This document shows, in pieces, positions 27,906 to 38,664 of a stretch of 64,000 nucleotides of DNA. The notes beneath the pieces were generated by a model. The model saw only the letters and a list, made by a program, of their open reading frames with translations, was not told where the DNA came from and made no database searches. The stretch lies in the IMG/VR virus record IMGVR_UViG_3300029305_005387; one strand, written 5' to 3'. Each line of letters opens with the position of its first letter. Positions within the stretch are counted from its first letter, which is position 1. This stretch comes from a virus (taxonomy: Duplodnaviria > Caudoviricetes). Position numbers and translations under genes: made by a program.

Positions 27906-29800
27906 TAGATTCTTTTCAATGTTACTTGAACGCTCGATAGGGATCGGGCTACAATAAAAAGCAATCTAGTCATACTGTCAATAGGAATCATTGATCTGTT
28001 TTTACACTTAGGACACACGATATCACGAAGAGAGAATCTAAACTGATAAGGTTCAAGCATCAGACGAGTGATTTCAGAAATAGTCTGCCAGTCAACTTCA
28101 TCAAGAGTATCAAGTACTTTAACTAAGTTATCAGCACCTGTGATTCTGTGGTTAATACCAGTAATTTTATCTTCAATAATGAAAGCTTTAATTGTACTGA
28201 GAGTAGCATAAGACATACCTCGAGATACAATTGAAGGATCTATATTTTTAGGATTTTCTAATTCTTTCATCTTAGAATAAATACTATCAAGATATTCATA
28301 TGCAGAAATATGACCATAAACTGCTTTGAATCCAGATGTATGTAATGTTACAAAATCATTAGATGCTACTGGAGAAGTTTTATAAACTCTCATAATTTCT
28401 TCTGTAGTAGAAGCTTCTCCTGTTTCTTTCATTTCTTCAAGAACTGTAGGAGAAATTGTATCCATAGAAAGTAATTCACTAGGACTATAGATCCAGTCAT
28501 AACTGTGACCACATTCTTTACCATTGTTACCTTTAGAATGACAATCAATAGAAACTACTTCTTTGTCCATTGCAGTCGCACAAAGGATCTTCCAAAGAAT
28601 GAATTCAAGATCCATGAAAGAAGTCTTGCGTAAGAAGTCTTCAAACTTGGTAACATGATGAACAATTGCATCAGGAACATAATCAGGAAGTTCTACTCCT
28701 ACTGGAGACTTAACAGTTTTCTTAGTCTTAGGATCTTTATAAAGTAGATATTCTTCCCAAGCACCAATAGACTGATTTTTGATGTGATTGAACGCAATAG
28801 ACCATTTCTTACGTTCACCATCCAATGTATTCATTTCATTAGAAGAAGAAAGATCAATTACTTCAGGATATGTCAAACCAGTAAATGTAGCTCTATATTT
28901 AGATGCAGGAAGAGCTGCAACTACATCATTGGACTTTCTTTCATACTGAGATAGCAGGGCATCAATATTAGATGTATCTGCCTCCTGAATAGATCCAAAT
29001 TCGAGATCAGAACCTTCAACAATATTCAATTCAATTGTTCTAGATTTCTTAATCTTATCTACTTCTTCCTGACTCCATGCAACCTGATCAAGATTTCTTT
29101 TATCAATAACGATTTTTGTATCAATTCCTTCAATACTGTCGCCTACGACCATTTTAGGTTTAATAGGTTCTGCAGAAGGAGTTCCCACTACGTTTTCTGT
29201 ATTTTCTTCTGTAATTTCAGAAGCATTATCTTCTTCAATAATTTCACTTTCAGTGGATTGAACTTCTTCATTGTATTCGATGAAGGAAGGATAAATTTCT
29301 TTAATTTCTTCAAGAATTTTATCCAGACCTTCTTGTGCACGTTTATGATCTGTATCACCTGCACAAATCAACATTCTAACCTGTTCATTTCCAGGTGGAA
29401 TATGAAGGTTTTTAATATTATGACGCTGCTTAGCCTCTTCAATATTTGCGAGTTTGCGGTTCATGTCGTCCATCGATTCTCTAGACTCCTGAACTGCCAT
29501 GTCATCAGCAATGTTATGAAGCATCTTATCTTCAGTGAGTTTAACTTCATCCTTATCATATACTGCACCAGGCTGATTAAACTCTGACATTCCTTCTGTT
29601 AATTTAGGATCAGGCATCCATGCCTTCTTCTCCTTTTTAACAGGTGCTTCTTCCTGCGGTTCTTCTTTAGTTTCTTCATCAAATTCACGTTTTACATTGC
29701 CAGAAACAGGATGTTTACGAAAGATCTCTGCAGGATCAATTTCATGTTCATCTGCATAATCATTCATCATATCCATTACACTAAACTTATTATCAGACAT
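27905..29800 (-). CDS. Putative baseplate hub / tail assembly chaperone (T4 gp26-like C-terminal domain) with acidic N-terminal extension
   Basis: D.EFILWKILCAT, IDC..ECGH and CPKCK Zn pairs in a layout typical of baseplate hub assembly proteins. Confidence 0.45.
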   Translation of the reverse strand: MSDNKFSVMDMMNDYADEHEIDPAEIFRKHPVSGNVKREFDEETKEEPQEEAPVKKEKKAWMPDPKLTEGMSEFNQPGAVYDKDEVKLTEDKMLHNIADDMAVQESRESMDDMNRKLANIEEAKQRHNIKNLHIPPGNEQVRMLICAGDTDHKRAQEGLDKILEEIKEIYPSFIEYNEEVQSTESEIIEEDNASEITEENTENVVGTPSAEPIKPKMVVGDSIEGIDTKIVIDKRNLDQVAWSQEEVDKIKKSRTIELNIVEGSDLEFGSIQEADTSNIDALLSQYERKSNDVVAALPASKYRATFTGLTYPEVIDLSSSNEMNTLDGERKKWSIAFNHIKNQSIGAWEEYLLYKDPKTKKTVKSPVGVELPDYVPDAIVHHVTKFEDFLRKTSFMDLEFILWKILCATAMDKEVVSIDCHSKGNNGKECGHSYDWIYSPSELLSMDTISPTVLEEMKETGEASTTEEIMRVYKTSPVASNDFVTLHTSGFKAVYGHISAYEYLDSIYSKMKELENPKNIDPSIVSRGMSYATLSTIKAFIIEDKITGINHRITGADNLVKVLDTLDEVDWQTISEITRLMLEPYQFRFSLRDIVCPKCKNRSMIPIDSMTRLLFIVARSLSSVQVTLKRI

Positions 29801-29851
29801 AAGACTGACCTCCTTTAATATTTCATTACGATAGTAGTTTACTGAATTTAA

Positions 29852-31144
29852 TTAATTATAGTGAGCAATCATAAAGATTGTATAATTGAATATTGCCCTT
29901 GTGTAACTAATGATAGTTGCTTCTCGCTGATATTGAGATCTGATATCAATAATATCAAACATCCAAATGTTTAGGATATCTCTGATTTCCTTTAACAATG
30001 GATCTTTAGATGTACCTATGGATCTATATAAAGATAGTCCAAAATTAATGAATTCACCAGATCCAACAGACATACTCGTTGGATTCTTAGAAAAATAAAC
30101 AGTAATAATATTTTCAATTATCTTATTAATTCTATTATTTTTTGAGCCATTAATTTGAGCAATATACCCAGCTAAATTATCTTTATCAACTTTACTGTGA
30201 TCAGCAGCAACTCTAATCATTGATTTATTAATTTCTCCAGTTGCAAACTTATTTGTAGTTTTATCTACGACCTGAGCAATATTAGTTGTAACTCCTTCCT
30301 GATCAGCTATTTCGCCATCATCGAAAGTAGAAACATTATTATGCTGAGTAGCATTCTTTTCTACATTATCATAGTAAGCATTTGCAATATTACGTATCTT
30401 AGATTTAATCTGATTATTCATTCTTTGCATCAAATCCATATACGTATTATCAGCTCCTATTTTCAATTCTTCTGTGAAGAATGATACAGCAGCATGAGCA
30501 TCATATTTCAATAATTCCTGGAGATTATTCATACTCTTAATCTTAGATTTATTATTTAGATGCTCTATTGTATAATTCATTACATCTTCTTTTACACCAG
30601 TTTTCCAGAATTCTCGATATATCGTAGGATATTCACAAAACGCCCAAATATATTCACAGCATGTAACAATATCTTCATATCCTTTCTGAACGGCTTCCAT
30701 GAGAATAGACGTAATTAAGATTTTATGCGGGGCATTGTAAACCCAACCAGTGAAAAATTTACTAATTTTTCCATAATATGCTTCTTGAACCATTACATCA
30801 TAGAACTGTTTGATTTGATCAGGTCCAATATTAAATGTTGAATAAAAGAAATTAGCTTCTTTTTCACCAAATGTAAACATATATACCGGTCCAGATGTAC
30901 TTAACTGTGTATGATGGTCATCAATGAATTTTCCAGTGAAGTCAATAATTGCATCCTGAATTTTCCTACTTGATAGTGGTTTAGAAACGAATGGTATTTG
31001 TAAATTATTTCTAAAATAGAAATTCTGTTTATAAACATCATCTCTCACTGCTTCATCAAATTCCATTTCTTCTTGAAATAGTTCTGCGAGTTCTGGGTTA
31101 TTCTCAACAAAATGATCTCTCATAAATCGTAAATAATTTCTCAT
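29852..31144 (-). CDS. Hypothetical protein
   Basis: Start moved to ATG 31144 (AAAGGAG RBS); about 430 aa. Confidence 0.65.
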   Translation of the reverse strand: MRNYLRFMRDHFVENNPELAELFQEEMEFDEAVRDDVYKQNFYFRNNLQIPFVSKPLSSRKIQDAIIDFTGKFIDDHHTQLSTSGPVYMFTFGEKEANFFYSTFNIGPDQIKQFYDVMVQEAYYGKISKFFTGWVYNAPHKILITSILMEAVQKGYEDIVTCCEYIWAFCEYPTIYREFWKTGVKEDVMNYTIEHLNNKSKIKSMNNLQELLKYDAHAAVSFFTEELKIGADNTYMDLMQRMNNQIKSKIRNIANAYYDNVEKNATQHNNVSTFDDGEIADQEGVTTNIAQVVDKTTNKFATGEINKSMIRVAADHSKVDKDNLAGYIAQINGSKNNRINKIIENIITVYFSKNPTSMSVGSGEFINFGLSLYRSIGTSKDPLLKEIRDILNIWMFDIIDIRSQYQREATIISYTRAIFNYTIFMIAHYN

Positions 31145-31244
31145 TAATATTCTCCTTTCAATAACTTCACTTATATTTATTGACACATCAGAAATGATAT
31201 ATTATTCTAATAATGAAATAAACACAAGGGAGGAATTTTCTTAT

Positions 31245-33812
31245 ATGAAAGTAACATATCTAAGATTAGAAAACGTAGCTGGATTAATAGTAGGATCTAA
31301 TAAAGATATTCTTGAAATATCATTTGAGAAATCTATAAATAAAATCATTGCAATTGTTTCTGAAAATGGTAGAGGTAAATCGGTATTGATTTCGTCCATT
31401 AATCCTTTTGCATATCCAACATCAGTTGATGAAAGATCAACTTTACCTTATATAGCTCCACATAAGAATGGATATAAAGAAATCCATTATGTTGATGGAC
31501 CTGATAAATATGTTATTAAGCATTATTATAAAGCCAATAAAGACAGTCACAGTGTGAAAAGTTACTTCATGAAAAATGATGAAGAATTAAATGAAAATGG
31601 AAATGTTCGTTCATTTGATTCTTTAGTAGAATTACACTTTGGACTAACTCAAGAAATGATGAGATTAATACGTATAGGTACTAACGTTAATTCTTTTATT
31701 TCATTAACACCTGCAAGAAGAAAAGAATACATAGGAAAGTTAATTGAGGAAATAGAATTATATTTAAATATCTATAAAAAGGTTAATGAAGATATTCGAG
31801 TAGTACGTACAATGATTCAGGCAAATAATACGAATCTTTATAACTGTCATATCACTGATCCAGTAGTAGAAGATGAAAAACTTTCTAAATTAAAAAAAGA
31901 TATTAGAAAATATGAACAAGAACGAGATCAAATCATTGCTAAAATTTCTAAAATTAATGCTCTTATGAAGGATAATGACATTGATGATTTACGAAGAAAA
32001 TTACAAGAAGCTGAAATGTCCATTAAAGAATACGAGAAATTATCTGATCGAATAAAAGCATCTGACCTAAGTGATACATCAATCGATGATATTATGAAGA
32101 AACGTAGTAAACTAATGGATCAAAAAATTGATATTCAGTCAAGAATTAATTCATTCCGTTTAGCTATTGATTCTGTTTTGAAAAATATTGAACGATTAGA
32201 ATTGAATATCAAAAAAGTTACATCAAATAATGATATTCAATCTTTAATAAATATTATTCAAAACATTCGTGATTCATTAAACAATACTCCATCATTTATT
32301 ACATCATTCACACCTCTGGGTGCTACATCAGATGAAATTCATGAGTTATTTACCAAGCTTCAATCATTTAATCAAATAAGTCAAATGATCTATAGTTTAG
32401 GAAACCGCCCAATTGATGTATATTTAAAACTAAGAAGTGAAGGAATTAGTATAGAGAAATGGTTAAAAGAACAAGCACAGAAAAATATTAGTAGAATTAA
32501 TAATACTGATCTTCAAGTACTTTATGATCAATTATTCAAGGATGAAGTAATAATTAGTCCTAATTGTGATACAGAATATGTTGATTGCCCATTCTTTAGA
32601 CTATCTGAGTTAATGAATAATATAAAATCAAAAGTTGAAGAGGAAACTTTTAATGAAGAAACTTTACGTTATATTCAAATTATCAGTCGTAATATTGATG
32701 ATATTCTAAATGAATTAGATAGGTTTCAAAAGATTAAAATTCCAGATAAAATTAAAGATTCATTTACAGAGAAGAATCTATTAGATAGACTGAGAGAACA
32801 CTTATCATTCTTTGAACTGAGTGAATTACATGAATATTTGTCTATTGTAAGAGATTATGAAATATATTCAGAAAACTCGAATAAATTAAAACAGTACGAA
32901 TATCAGTTATCTATTTATCAAAAGGCTGGAGTAGATAATCATCTGGAAGAAATCAAACATCAACGAGAATTGGCAGAAAAGTATAAATCTCAAATTTCTG
33001 AATTACAGGTTCAATTATCTATGATCCAAAATGGGTTGGTTAAAGTTGATGAAGAAATAGCTCTATTAACAAAATTCAATGATAGTAAAAAGTATTTATC
33101 TTTAATGGAATCTACTGTTAAATCAACAAAGAAAGTATTAATACCGTTAGAAACAGCTGCTAATGAAAAAGCTGAATATGATTTCCAATTACGTCATATT
33201 ACAAACGCAATTGCATCTACTCGAGATCAACATCGTATTCTAGAAACAAAAATAAATGAATATAATCGTCTAGTTGATGAAGGAAAGAAACTGAGTAAAA
33301 AGAATAAAGATCTTTCTATTATTATGGAAGCTGTGTCAACAAAGAAAGGTATTCCTGTATTCTATATGAAAAGATATCTTGGAAAGATTCAAACATTAGC
33401 AAATGAATTATTAAGCATTATTTACGATGATGAATTCAAACTTGCTAATTTCAATGTTACACCAGAAACATTCGAAGTTCCATATATTAAAAATGGCAGA
33501 AAAATTCCAGATATTAAATACTCAAGTCAATCAGAAATTGCACTAGCAACAATGGCTTTATCATTTGCACTAGCAACAAACACAAATGGATTATATAATA
33601 TCTTACTGTTAGATGAAATTGATGCTGGATTAGATTCTAAAAATCGAGCAGCATTCTTAAAGATGTTATACACACAGATGAATACCATTCATGCAGAACA
33701 GGTATTTGTTATTTCTCATAATCTTTCTCAAATGGTAAATATTCCAATGGATTGTATATGTTTATCCGAAGATGTATCTGTATCAAAGTTACAAAATATC
33801 ATTTATGAATAA
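31245..33812 (+). CDS. SbcC/Rad50-like SMC ATPase
   Basis: Walker A ENGRGKS, long coiled coil with central Cys pair, signature-like SSQSE, Walker B LLLDEID, ISH loop; start moved to ATG 31245 (GGAGG RBS). Confidence 0.85.
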   Translation: MKVTYLRLENVAGLIVGSNKDILEISFEKSINKIIAIVSENGRGKSVLISSINPFAYPTSVDERSTLPYIAPHKNGYKEIHYVDGPDKYVIKHYYKANKDSHSVKSYFMKNDEELNENGNVRSFDSLVELHFGLTQEMMRLIRIGTNVNSFISLTPARRKEYIGKLIEEIELYLNIYKKVNEDIRVVRTMIQANNTNLYNCHITDPVVEDEKLSKLKKDIRKYEQERDQIIAKISKINALMKDNDIDDLRRKLQEAEMSIKEYEKLSDRIKASDLSDTSIDDIMKKRSKLMDQKIDIQSRINSFRLAIDSVLKNIERLELNIKKVTSNNDIQSLINIIQNIRDSLNNTPSFITSFTPLGATSDEIHELFTKLQSFNQISQMIYSLGNRPIDVYLKLRSEGISIEKWLKEQAQKNISRINNTDLQVLYDQLFKDEVIISPNCDTEYVDCPFFRLSELMNNIKSKVEEETFNEETLRYIQIISRNIDDILNELDRFQKIKIPDKIKDSFTEKNLLDRLREHLSFFELSELHEYLSIVRDYEIYSENSNKLKQYEYQLSIYQKAGVDNHLEEIKHQRELAEKYKSQISELQVQLSMIQNGLVKVDEEIALLTKFNDSKKYLSLMESTVKSTKKVLIPLETAANEKAEYDFQLRHITNAIASTRDQHRILETKINEYNRLVDEGKKLSKKNKDLSIIMEAVSTKKGIPVFYMKRYLGKIQTLANELLSIIYDDEFKLANFNVTPETFEVPYIKNGRKIPDIKYSSQSEIALATMALSFALATNTNGLYNILLLDEIDAGLDSKNRAAFLKMLYTQMNTIHAEQVFVISHNLSQMVNIPMDCICLSEDVSVSKLQNIIYE

Positions 33813-33850
33813 AAAAATAAAAGGGATCTAAATGATCCCTTTTATTTTTT
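33812..33850. terminator. Bidirectional terminator
   Basis: AAAAAATAAAAGGGATC-N5-GATCCCTTTTATTTTTT between convergent genes. Confidence 0.7.
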
Positions 33851-34343
33851 ATGATGTTACAGCTTTAAATACTTCCTGAAATGATCCAAATCGTTTATAA
33901 CGATATTTTTCTTGAGCTAGTGTCAATCTGAATGTTACTTCTGTATCTTCTGCTGTTTCTGCTCGATTGATATTGATCCAGATTGGAAGTTTAATATCGA
34001 TTGTTTCACCTTCGTTATGATCTTTCAATAAACAACTAGGAATGAATCTTCCACTATTTAATCCAATCAATACAATATTTCCATCTTCGTTCACTGTACG
34101 AATATTGTGATCTGCGACATTATCTGAACAGAATTCTTTTGAGACTATCCATGTTTCTACACATAAATCTTTTTCTTCATTGAATTCAACCCCATTCATT
34201 TTACAAATGCTTTTCATAAGTTCTCTTTTCTTTTCAGGCTCAAAGAATTCATTAATTTTGGCAGCTGAGTTTGGAATGATAAAAACATCTCCATTAATTA
34301 CCAAATTTTCAATGTTGTTCATGTCGATAATAGTTCTTTCCAT
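33849..34343 (-). CDS. Hypothetical protein
   Basis: 164-aa ORF with GAGG RBS. Confidence 0.6.
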   Translation of the reverse strand: MERTIIDMNNIENLVINGDVFIIPNSAAKINEFFEPEKKRELMKSICKMNGVEFNEEKDLCVETWIVSKEFCSDNVADHNIRTVNEDGNIVLIGLNSGRFIPSCLLKDHNEGETIDIKLPIWININRAETAEDTEVTFRLTLAQEKYRYKRFGSFQEVFKAVTS

Positions 34344-34368
34344 AATTATTTACCTCGCCTTTCCTTTA

Positions 34369-34614
34369 TTAATTATTTTCACTACTGAAAATTACATTTG
34401 TGATATGAACCATATAAACAATCCCATGTCTGTCAACGATCTGAGCCATACCATTATCAAGAATATATAATTCCTTAAGTGTCACATTCTTCTTAAAATC
34501 GCCAACCTGAAATTTTGCTCTAGTAATCTTTTCAATATCAAATGAAGATTGATACTTATTAACATCATCACTATGTTTAAGAGTTAAATTAATTGCTGAA
34601 GTTATGTTGTTCAT
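34369..34614 (-). CDS. Hypothetical protein
   Basis: 81 aa, AAGGAGG RBS, early-type motif at 34675-34683. Confidence 0.6.
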   Translation of the reverse strand: MNNITSAINLTLKHSDDVNKYQSSFDIEKITRAKFQVGDFKKNVTLKELYILDNGMAQIVDRHGIVYMVHITNVIFSSENN

Positions 34615-34683
34615 ATTATGAACCTCCTTATTGTGTATTATTTTATGTATATGATTTACCTTTGTTACATATTAAGAATATAT
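34610..34683 (-). repeat. Promoter-RBS leader cassette, copy 1
   Basis: Two 20-bp blocks (34610-34629, 34664-34683) identical to 38003-38022 and 38047-38066. Confidence 0.7.
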
Positions 34684-34736
34684 CAATCATTATGAGAAAC
34701 ATACGATAAGGGTGGGAAAATCCCACCCTTATCGTA

Positions 34737-36560
34737 TTATTTTAATTTAAATAATGCTTTATTTTCACGAATGTTCACAACTTTTGAATCATCAGCAACT
34801 ATATTTTTTATAGAAGTATCAGAAATGTCATTTTTCAAAAATAGTTCTCCATCTGTGTCTGTTTCTAATAAATATGTATTGTTACCATGAGATGTAGCAC
34901 TAATCATTTTTATACCTTTTAAATTTAATTCTATTTCAGATATTTCTTCTCCGTCAATAAATCTGAAAAGAATGTTACCACAACCGGCATATTTTAAATG
35001 ATTTACTACTTCCTGTAATCTTTCTTTATCAGAAGACGCCGAAGACTTAAATAATCTAGCTGCATGAAATAATGAGCATGAAGGATTTACCCAAGGTATT
35101 ATAGAACTATCTAATTCAATAAATGCTCCACTTTCCCAAACAATTAATCCTTCATGAATAGCTCTTTCAATTCTCATTTCAGCATACCAATCAATCATAT
35201 CTCGATGATAATATTCAAAATATTTATCAATTTTAATACCATTTCCTTCTGGAATATGATATTCAATATGATTCAAATTATCCTTAAATAACTCATATAG
35301 TTTAGATTCATGAATACCAACAGGTGTAGAAAATAATATTCTATCTTCTGTATTATCGTTATTAAAAATAATAATTTTACCTTTATCTCCAAAAATAATA
35401 TTTCCAGGTTTAAATCCTATTAGCTGATCTAAACTTTCAATTATTAAAGTTCCCTTAATAAATAAAACTTCGTCATTCAACTCGTTATGAGTAGAACGGA
35501 TTGAAGATTTATTTACTAATCTAATAGTACCAGACTCTTCAATAGTTAATGTTGATCCTCTGTCTATAGTAATTAGAGAATTTTTACCATCCACAACAAT
35601 AGTACCATTTACATTACAAAATCCTTCATGATAACAATTATCAATTACTACACCTAAGTACAATTCAGGACGTAAATAACGATATCCTTGATAATTTTCA
35701 CTAATGTATAGAGTACATCCCTGATCTACTTGGAAACTTTCAACAACTTGTAACTCTTCGATTATATTTTTTTGACGACCTAAAACAGATAATTTGAAAT
35801 CACCGAGAACCATTTCTCCCCATGTAACTGCAAGTTCGATTACTTGGGATTTGGTTAATGGAGATCCATATCTCCATCGATAACTTACGCGACCAATAAA
35901 TGAATTATATTCTCCTTGAGTATAAGGATTAATAATTTCCTTTCGTAGATCCTGTTCATAATCAGTAATACTATATACTCGTTCACCCAAATTTAGATCT
36001 TCTACATTTACATGAGCAGCACTATCAATATATATACCGTCGTTATTAATAATATTATCTACTACTGATAGTGTTACGTTAATATCACCATATATTTCAA
36101 CCGTAGAACCTTTCTCAACAATGATGTTACACATTTCATCTACAACTAATGTAGAATCGCTATAGAGTATTAGTTTTCCACCATTATTAACTATAATCTG
36201 AGATGATTGAGTCATGTTCAAAATTCCATGAATATTTAAACATCCAGCGTTGATTATCAATGTATCATCGATAATTAATTCTGTATCATTAATAACGGTG
36301 AAATTATTATAAGGCTTCTCAGGATGGGATTCAATATCATTAGTAATGTGAAATATTCCAGTACCAGTACGAATGCTTCCACTCTCAGTAAATATATCAA
36401 ACCTACAGTTTTCTCCATTTACTTCGTTACAAAAAACATTGATGACACCATCTCCAATCCCATAATAAGAATTAGATTTTTCATGTGGAATATATTTATT
36501 CAATAAACGTTCGTTTTCAAATTCAATTAATGTTGGTTTATTTAAATTCATTTTAATCAA
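34737..36560 (-). CDS. Beta-strand-rich (beta-helix-like) putative virion protein
   Basis: 607 aa with repeated I/V-x-x-G-x-L patterns; candidate late motif at 36588-36600. Confidence 0.45.
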   Translation of the reverse strand: MIKMNLNKPTLIEFENERLLNKYIPHEKSNSYYGIGDGVINVFCNEVNGENCRFDIFTESGSIRTGTGIFHITNDIESHPEKPYNNFTVINDTELIIDDTLIINAGCLNIHGILNMTQSSQIIVNNGGKLILYSDSTLVVDEMCNIIVEKGSTVEIYGDINVTLSVVDNIINNDGIYIDSAAHVNVEDLNLGERVYSITDYEQDLRKEIINPYTQGEYNSFIGRVSYRWRYGSPLTKSQVIELAVTWGEMVLGDFKLSVLGRQKNIIEELQVVESFQVDQGCTLYISENYQGYRYLRPELYLGVVIDNCYHEGFCNVNGTIVVDGKNSLITIDRGSTLTIEESGTIRLVNKSSIRSTHNELNDEVLFIKGTLIIESLDQLIGFKPGNIIFGDKGKIIIFNNDNTEDRILFSTPVGIHESKLYELFKDNLNHIEYHIPEGNGIKIDKYFEYYHRDMIDWYAEMRIERAIHEGLIVWESGAFIELDSSIIPWVNPSCSLFHAARLFKSSASSDKERLQEVVNHLKYAGCGNILFRFIDGEEISEIELNLKGIKMISATSHGNNTYLLETDTDGELFLKNDISDTSIKNIVADDSKVVNIRENKALFKLK

Positions 36561-36677
36561 ACCTCCCTAGAAAAAGTATTAGATAATTTATACTCGAGTT
36601 CAATTATGAAATTCTAAATCAAAAAATAAATAGGGATGGAAATTTCCATCCCTATTTATTCAACAGATCTATCTTAT

Positions 36678-36917
36678 TTATAATTCGTCACAGCAACCTT
36701 GTGAATACAATATTGCACTATCGTGATTTTCTCCTACATCTGATTTCACCGTAACACTAATTTCTATTTCATCAATCAACTGATCATTCAATTCAGTTAC
36801 AAGCTCATCTACGACACTTTTAATGATGTTTCTGTTAATAACTGAATTACTAGCGTTCTTAGGTTTATGACCATCATATTGTTTGCGAGTGATTTTATAT
36901 ACTTTACTCATTTCCAT
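36678..36917 (-). CDS. Hypothetical protein
   Basis: 79-aa ORF overlapping the upstream stop. Confidence 0.5.
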   Translation of the reverse strand: MEMSKVYKITRKQYDGHKPKNASNSVINRNIIKSVVDELVTELNDQLIDEIEISVTVKSDVGENHDSAILYSQGCCDEL

Positions 36918-38007
36918 CCACCAAACCTTTCTGTTTAGTTCTAATACGAATAAGATTCATGTAATCATACATTCCTTCAAAACGTACATAATTCTCACTG
37001 ATCACATCATATTCCATTTCCATCCATACTGTTTCTAATAGTTCAAAGAAATCATCATCTGCCGTACAACCACCCTGATCTTCACCTATATAAATCAGAT
37101 CGATATTCATTTCCATACACACTTTGAGAATATTGTAGGCAAATGGTGATGAATATTCTGGAAAACTCATCAGAACATAGTCATATTCTTTACCGTACTT
37201 TTTAACTGCTTCCACACCATCAATCTTTTCTATGTCTATATATTTATGTTTGAAGAAATCTTCCCATGCAAAGTTATCAGTGACTTTAATATCAACTCCT
37301 CTTTTCTGTAATTCAGCAGCTAAATATGCGGATCCACATCCTACTTCTAAAATTCGTTTACCATCAAAGAATTTTACCATATCATCTATTAATTCCTGAT
37401 TTAATAATGAATATCCGTACAATTTAATATATTTTGATCTGATGCGAGATGCTGTTTGAATTCTATTGAATTTGTCACGGTGTGTAATAGGAACACTTGA
37501 TATGGAATGACGAAGTTGTGATACTGTCGGTAAGATTCCTGTATTTACTTGTCTTACGAACCATTTTTCCGGATAATCTTCTACTAACTTTCCATAGAGT
37601 AATACATTCAATGCTTTGCAAATAGATGAACAATGTTCTTGATTTATTACAGAAAATTTGATATCAATGGAATCAAGGATATCATTTATTGTATTACTCA
37701 AACAACCGTGATAATATGGGATATTTTCCTTATCATCATATAAATACTGAACCATTACCTGTACATTTTGATCTGGCAGCATTTCTTCAAATGTAAAGTC
37801 GCACATCTTCACTGCATAACTTGCGTCTTTATCTTTCTTAATAAGACTAGCTGTGAGTGGAAAATCTAAACTGTTACAAGTAATTCCAAAGCTTGTATTA
37901 CCATCTGCACTGTTTCCATATGTTGGATATGAGATATTGTTCTCGTCATACTTAAGAGATTTAATTAAATTAAGTAGATCTCCAAATCTAAAAATTTCTT
38001 GATTCAT
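36904..38007 (-). CDS. Class I SAM-dependent methyltransferase domain protein
   Basis: ILEVGCGSAY motif I, VTDN, VLMSFP, YIGE..GGCTA. Confidence 0.65.
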   Translation of the reverse strand: MNQEIFRFGDLLNLIKSLKYDENNISYPTYGNSADGNTSFGITCNSLDFPLTASLIKKDKDASYAVKMCDFTFEEMLPDQNVQVMVQYLYDDKENIPYYHGCLSNTINDILDSIDIKFSVINQEHCSSICKALNVLLYGKLVEDYPEKWFVRQVNTGILPTVSQLRHSISSVPITHRDKFNRIQTASRIRSKYIKLYGYSLLNQELIDDMVKFFDGKRILEVGCGSAYLAAELQKRGVDIKVTDNFAWEDFFKHKYIDIEKIDGVEAVKKYGKEYDYVLMSFPEYSSPFAYNILKVCMEMNIDLIYIGEDQGGCTADDDFFELLETVWMEMEYDVISENYVRFEGMYDYMNLIRIRTKQKGLVDGNE

Positions 38008-38066
38008 ATTATGAACCTCCTTTTGTTTTTATTATTTTTCATCTTGGTTACATATTAAGAATATAT
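38003..38066 (-). repeat. Promoter-RBS leader cassette, copy 2
   Basis: See 34610-34683. Confidence 0.7.
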
Positions 38067-38145
38067 TATACAAAAATCAGCTAATACGAATAAAAAAATA
38101 ATAGGAGACCGTAACGGTCTCCTATTATTGAAATTATTTTTGATT

Positions 38146-38664
38146 TTATTTATCGCTAAGGATAGCGAGAGAGATGTTTTCAATTGGACTTACGTCATAC
38201 TTAATAGCAGAAGTTGTTCTATCAATAAGCATGTTTATAGGCGAGAAACCTGCAAACATATCCCAAAACTCTTCCATTTCAAGTCCTAATGTATTTAGTA
38301 CATCTCCATCGAAGTCGGCATTGAGACCTGGGAGGATTGCACTAGGTATGGCTAAGGTGTAATCCTCTGCATCCGGTTTAATCCTTCTGACTCTCATTAA
38401 AAGTATACTTCCGAACGTTATTGTTGGATTTCTGTTAAGAATAATCTTAATATTATCATTCTCAACTATTCTGCACATTACACCATATACGTATGGATCA
38501 AAGTTAAATTTACTTTCTAAGAAATTTGTTGCTTTTGTAATAGTCCAACCTTTATCTTTGATGATATAAGCAAGGATATGTCCTTTAAACTGCTCAATAA
38601 AAGCTTTATAACTCATATCAACTTCATCAATCTTGAGGGTGGGATCTAATACTATGACTTGTCG
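38146..38664 (-). CDS. RNA polymerase beta' N-terminal/catalytic part, exon 2
   Basis: LNRNPT and catalytic NADFDGD; splices to exon 1 to give NFSG|RQVIVLDP, matching the RpoC DYSGRSVIV motif. Confidence 0.9.
   Translation of the reverse strand, partial: RQVIVLDPTLKIDEVDMSYKAFIEQFKGHILAYIIKDKGWTITKATNFLESKFNFDPYVYGVMCRIVENDNIKIILNRNPTITFGSILLMRVRRIKPDAEDYTLAIPSAILPGLNADFDGDVLNTLGLEMEEFWDMFAGFSPINMLIDRTTSAIKYDVSPIENISLAILSDK

Noticed and set aside
27905-29800. 631-aa protein as nuclear shell protein (chimallin) because of its size
   Set aside because: Zn-binding Cys pairs and motif layout fit a baseplate hub chaperone, and it is not next to the beta' N-terminal gene. No chimallin or PhuZ is recognisable in this window.
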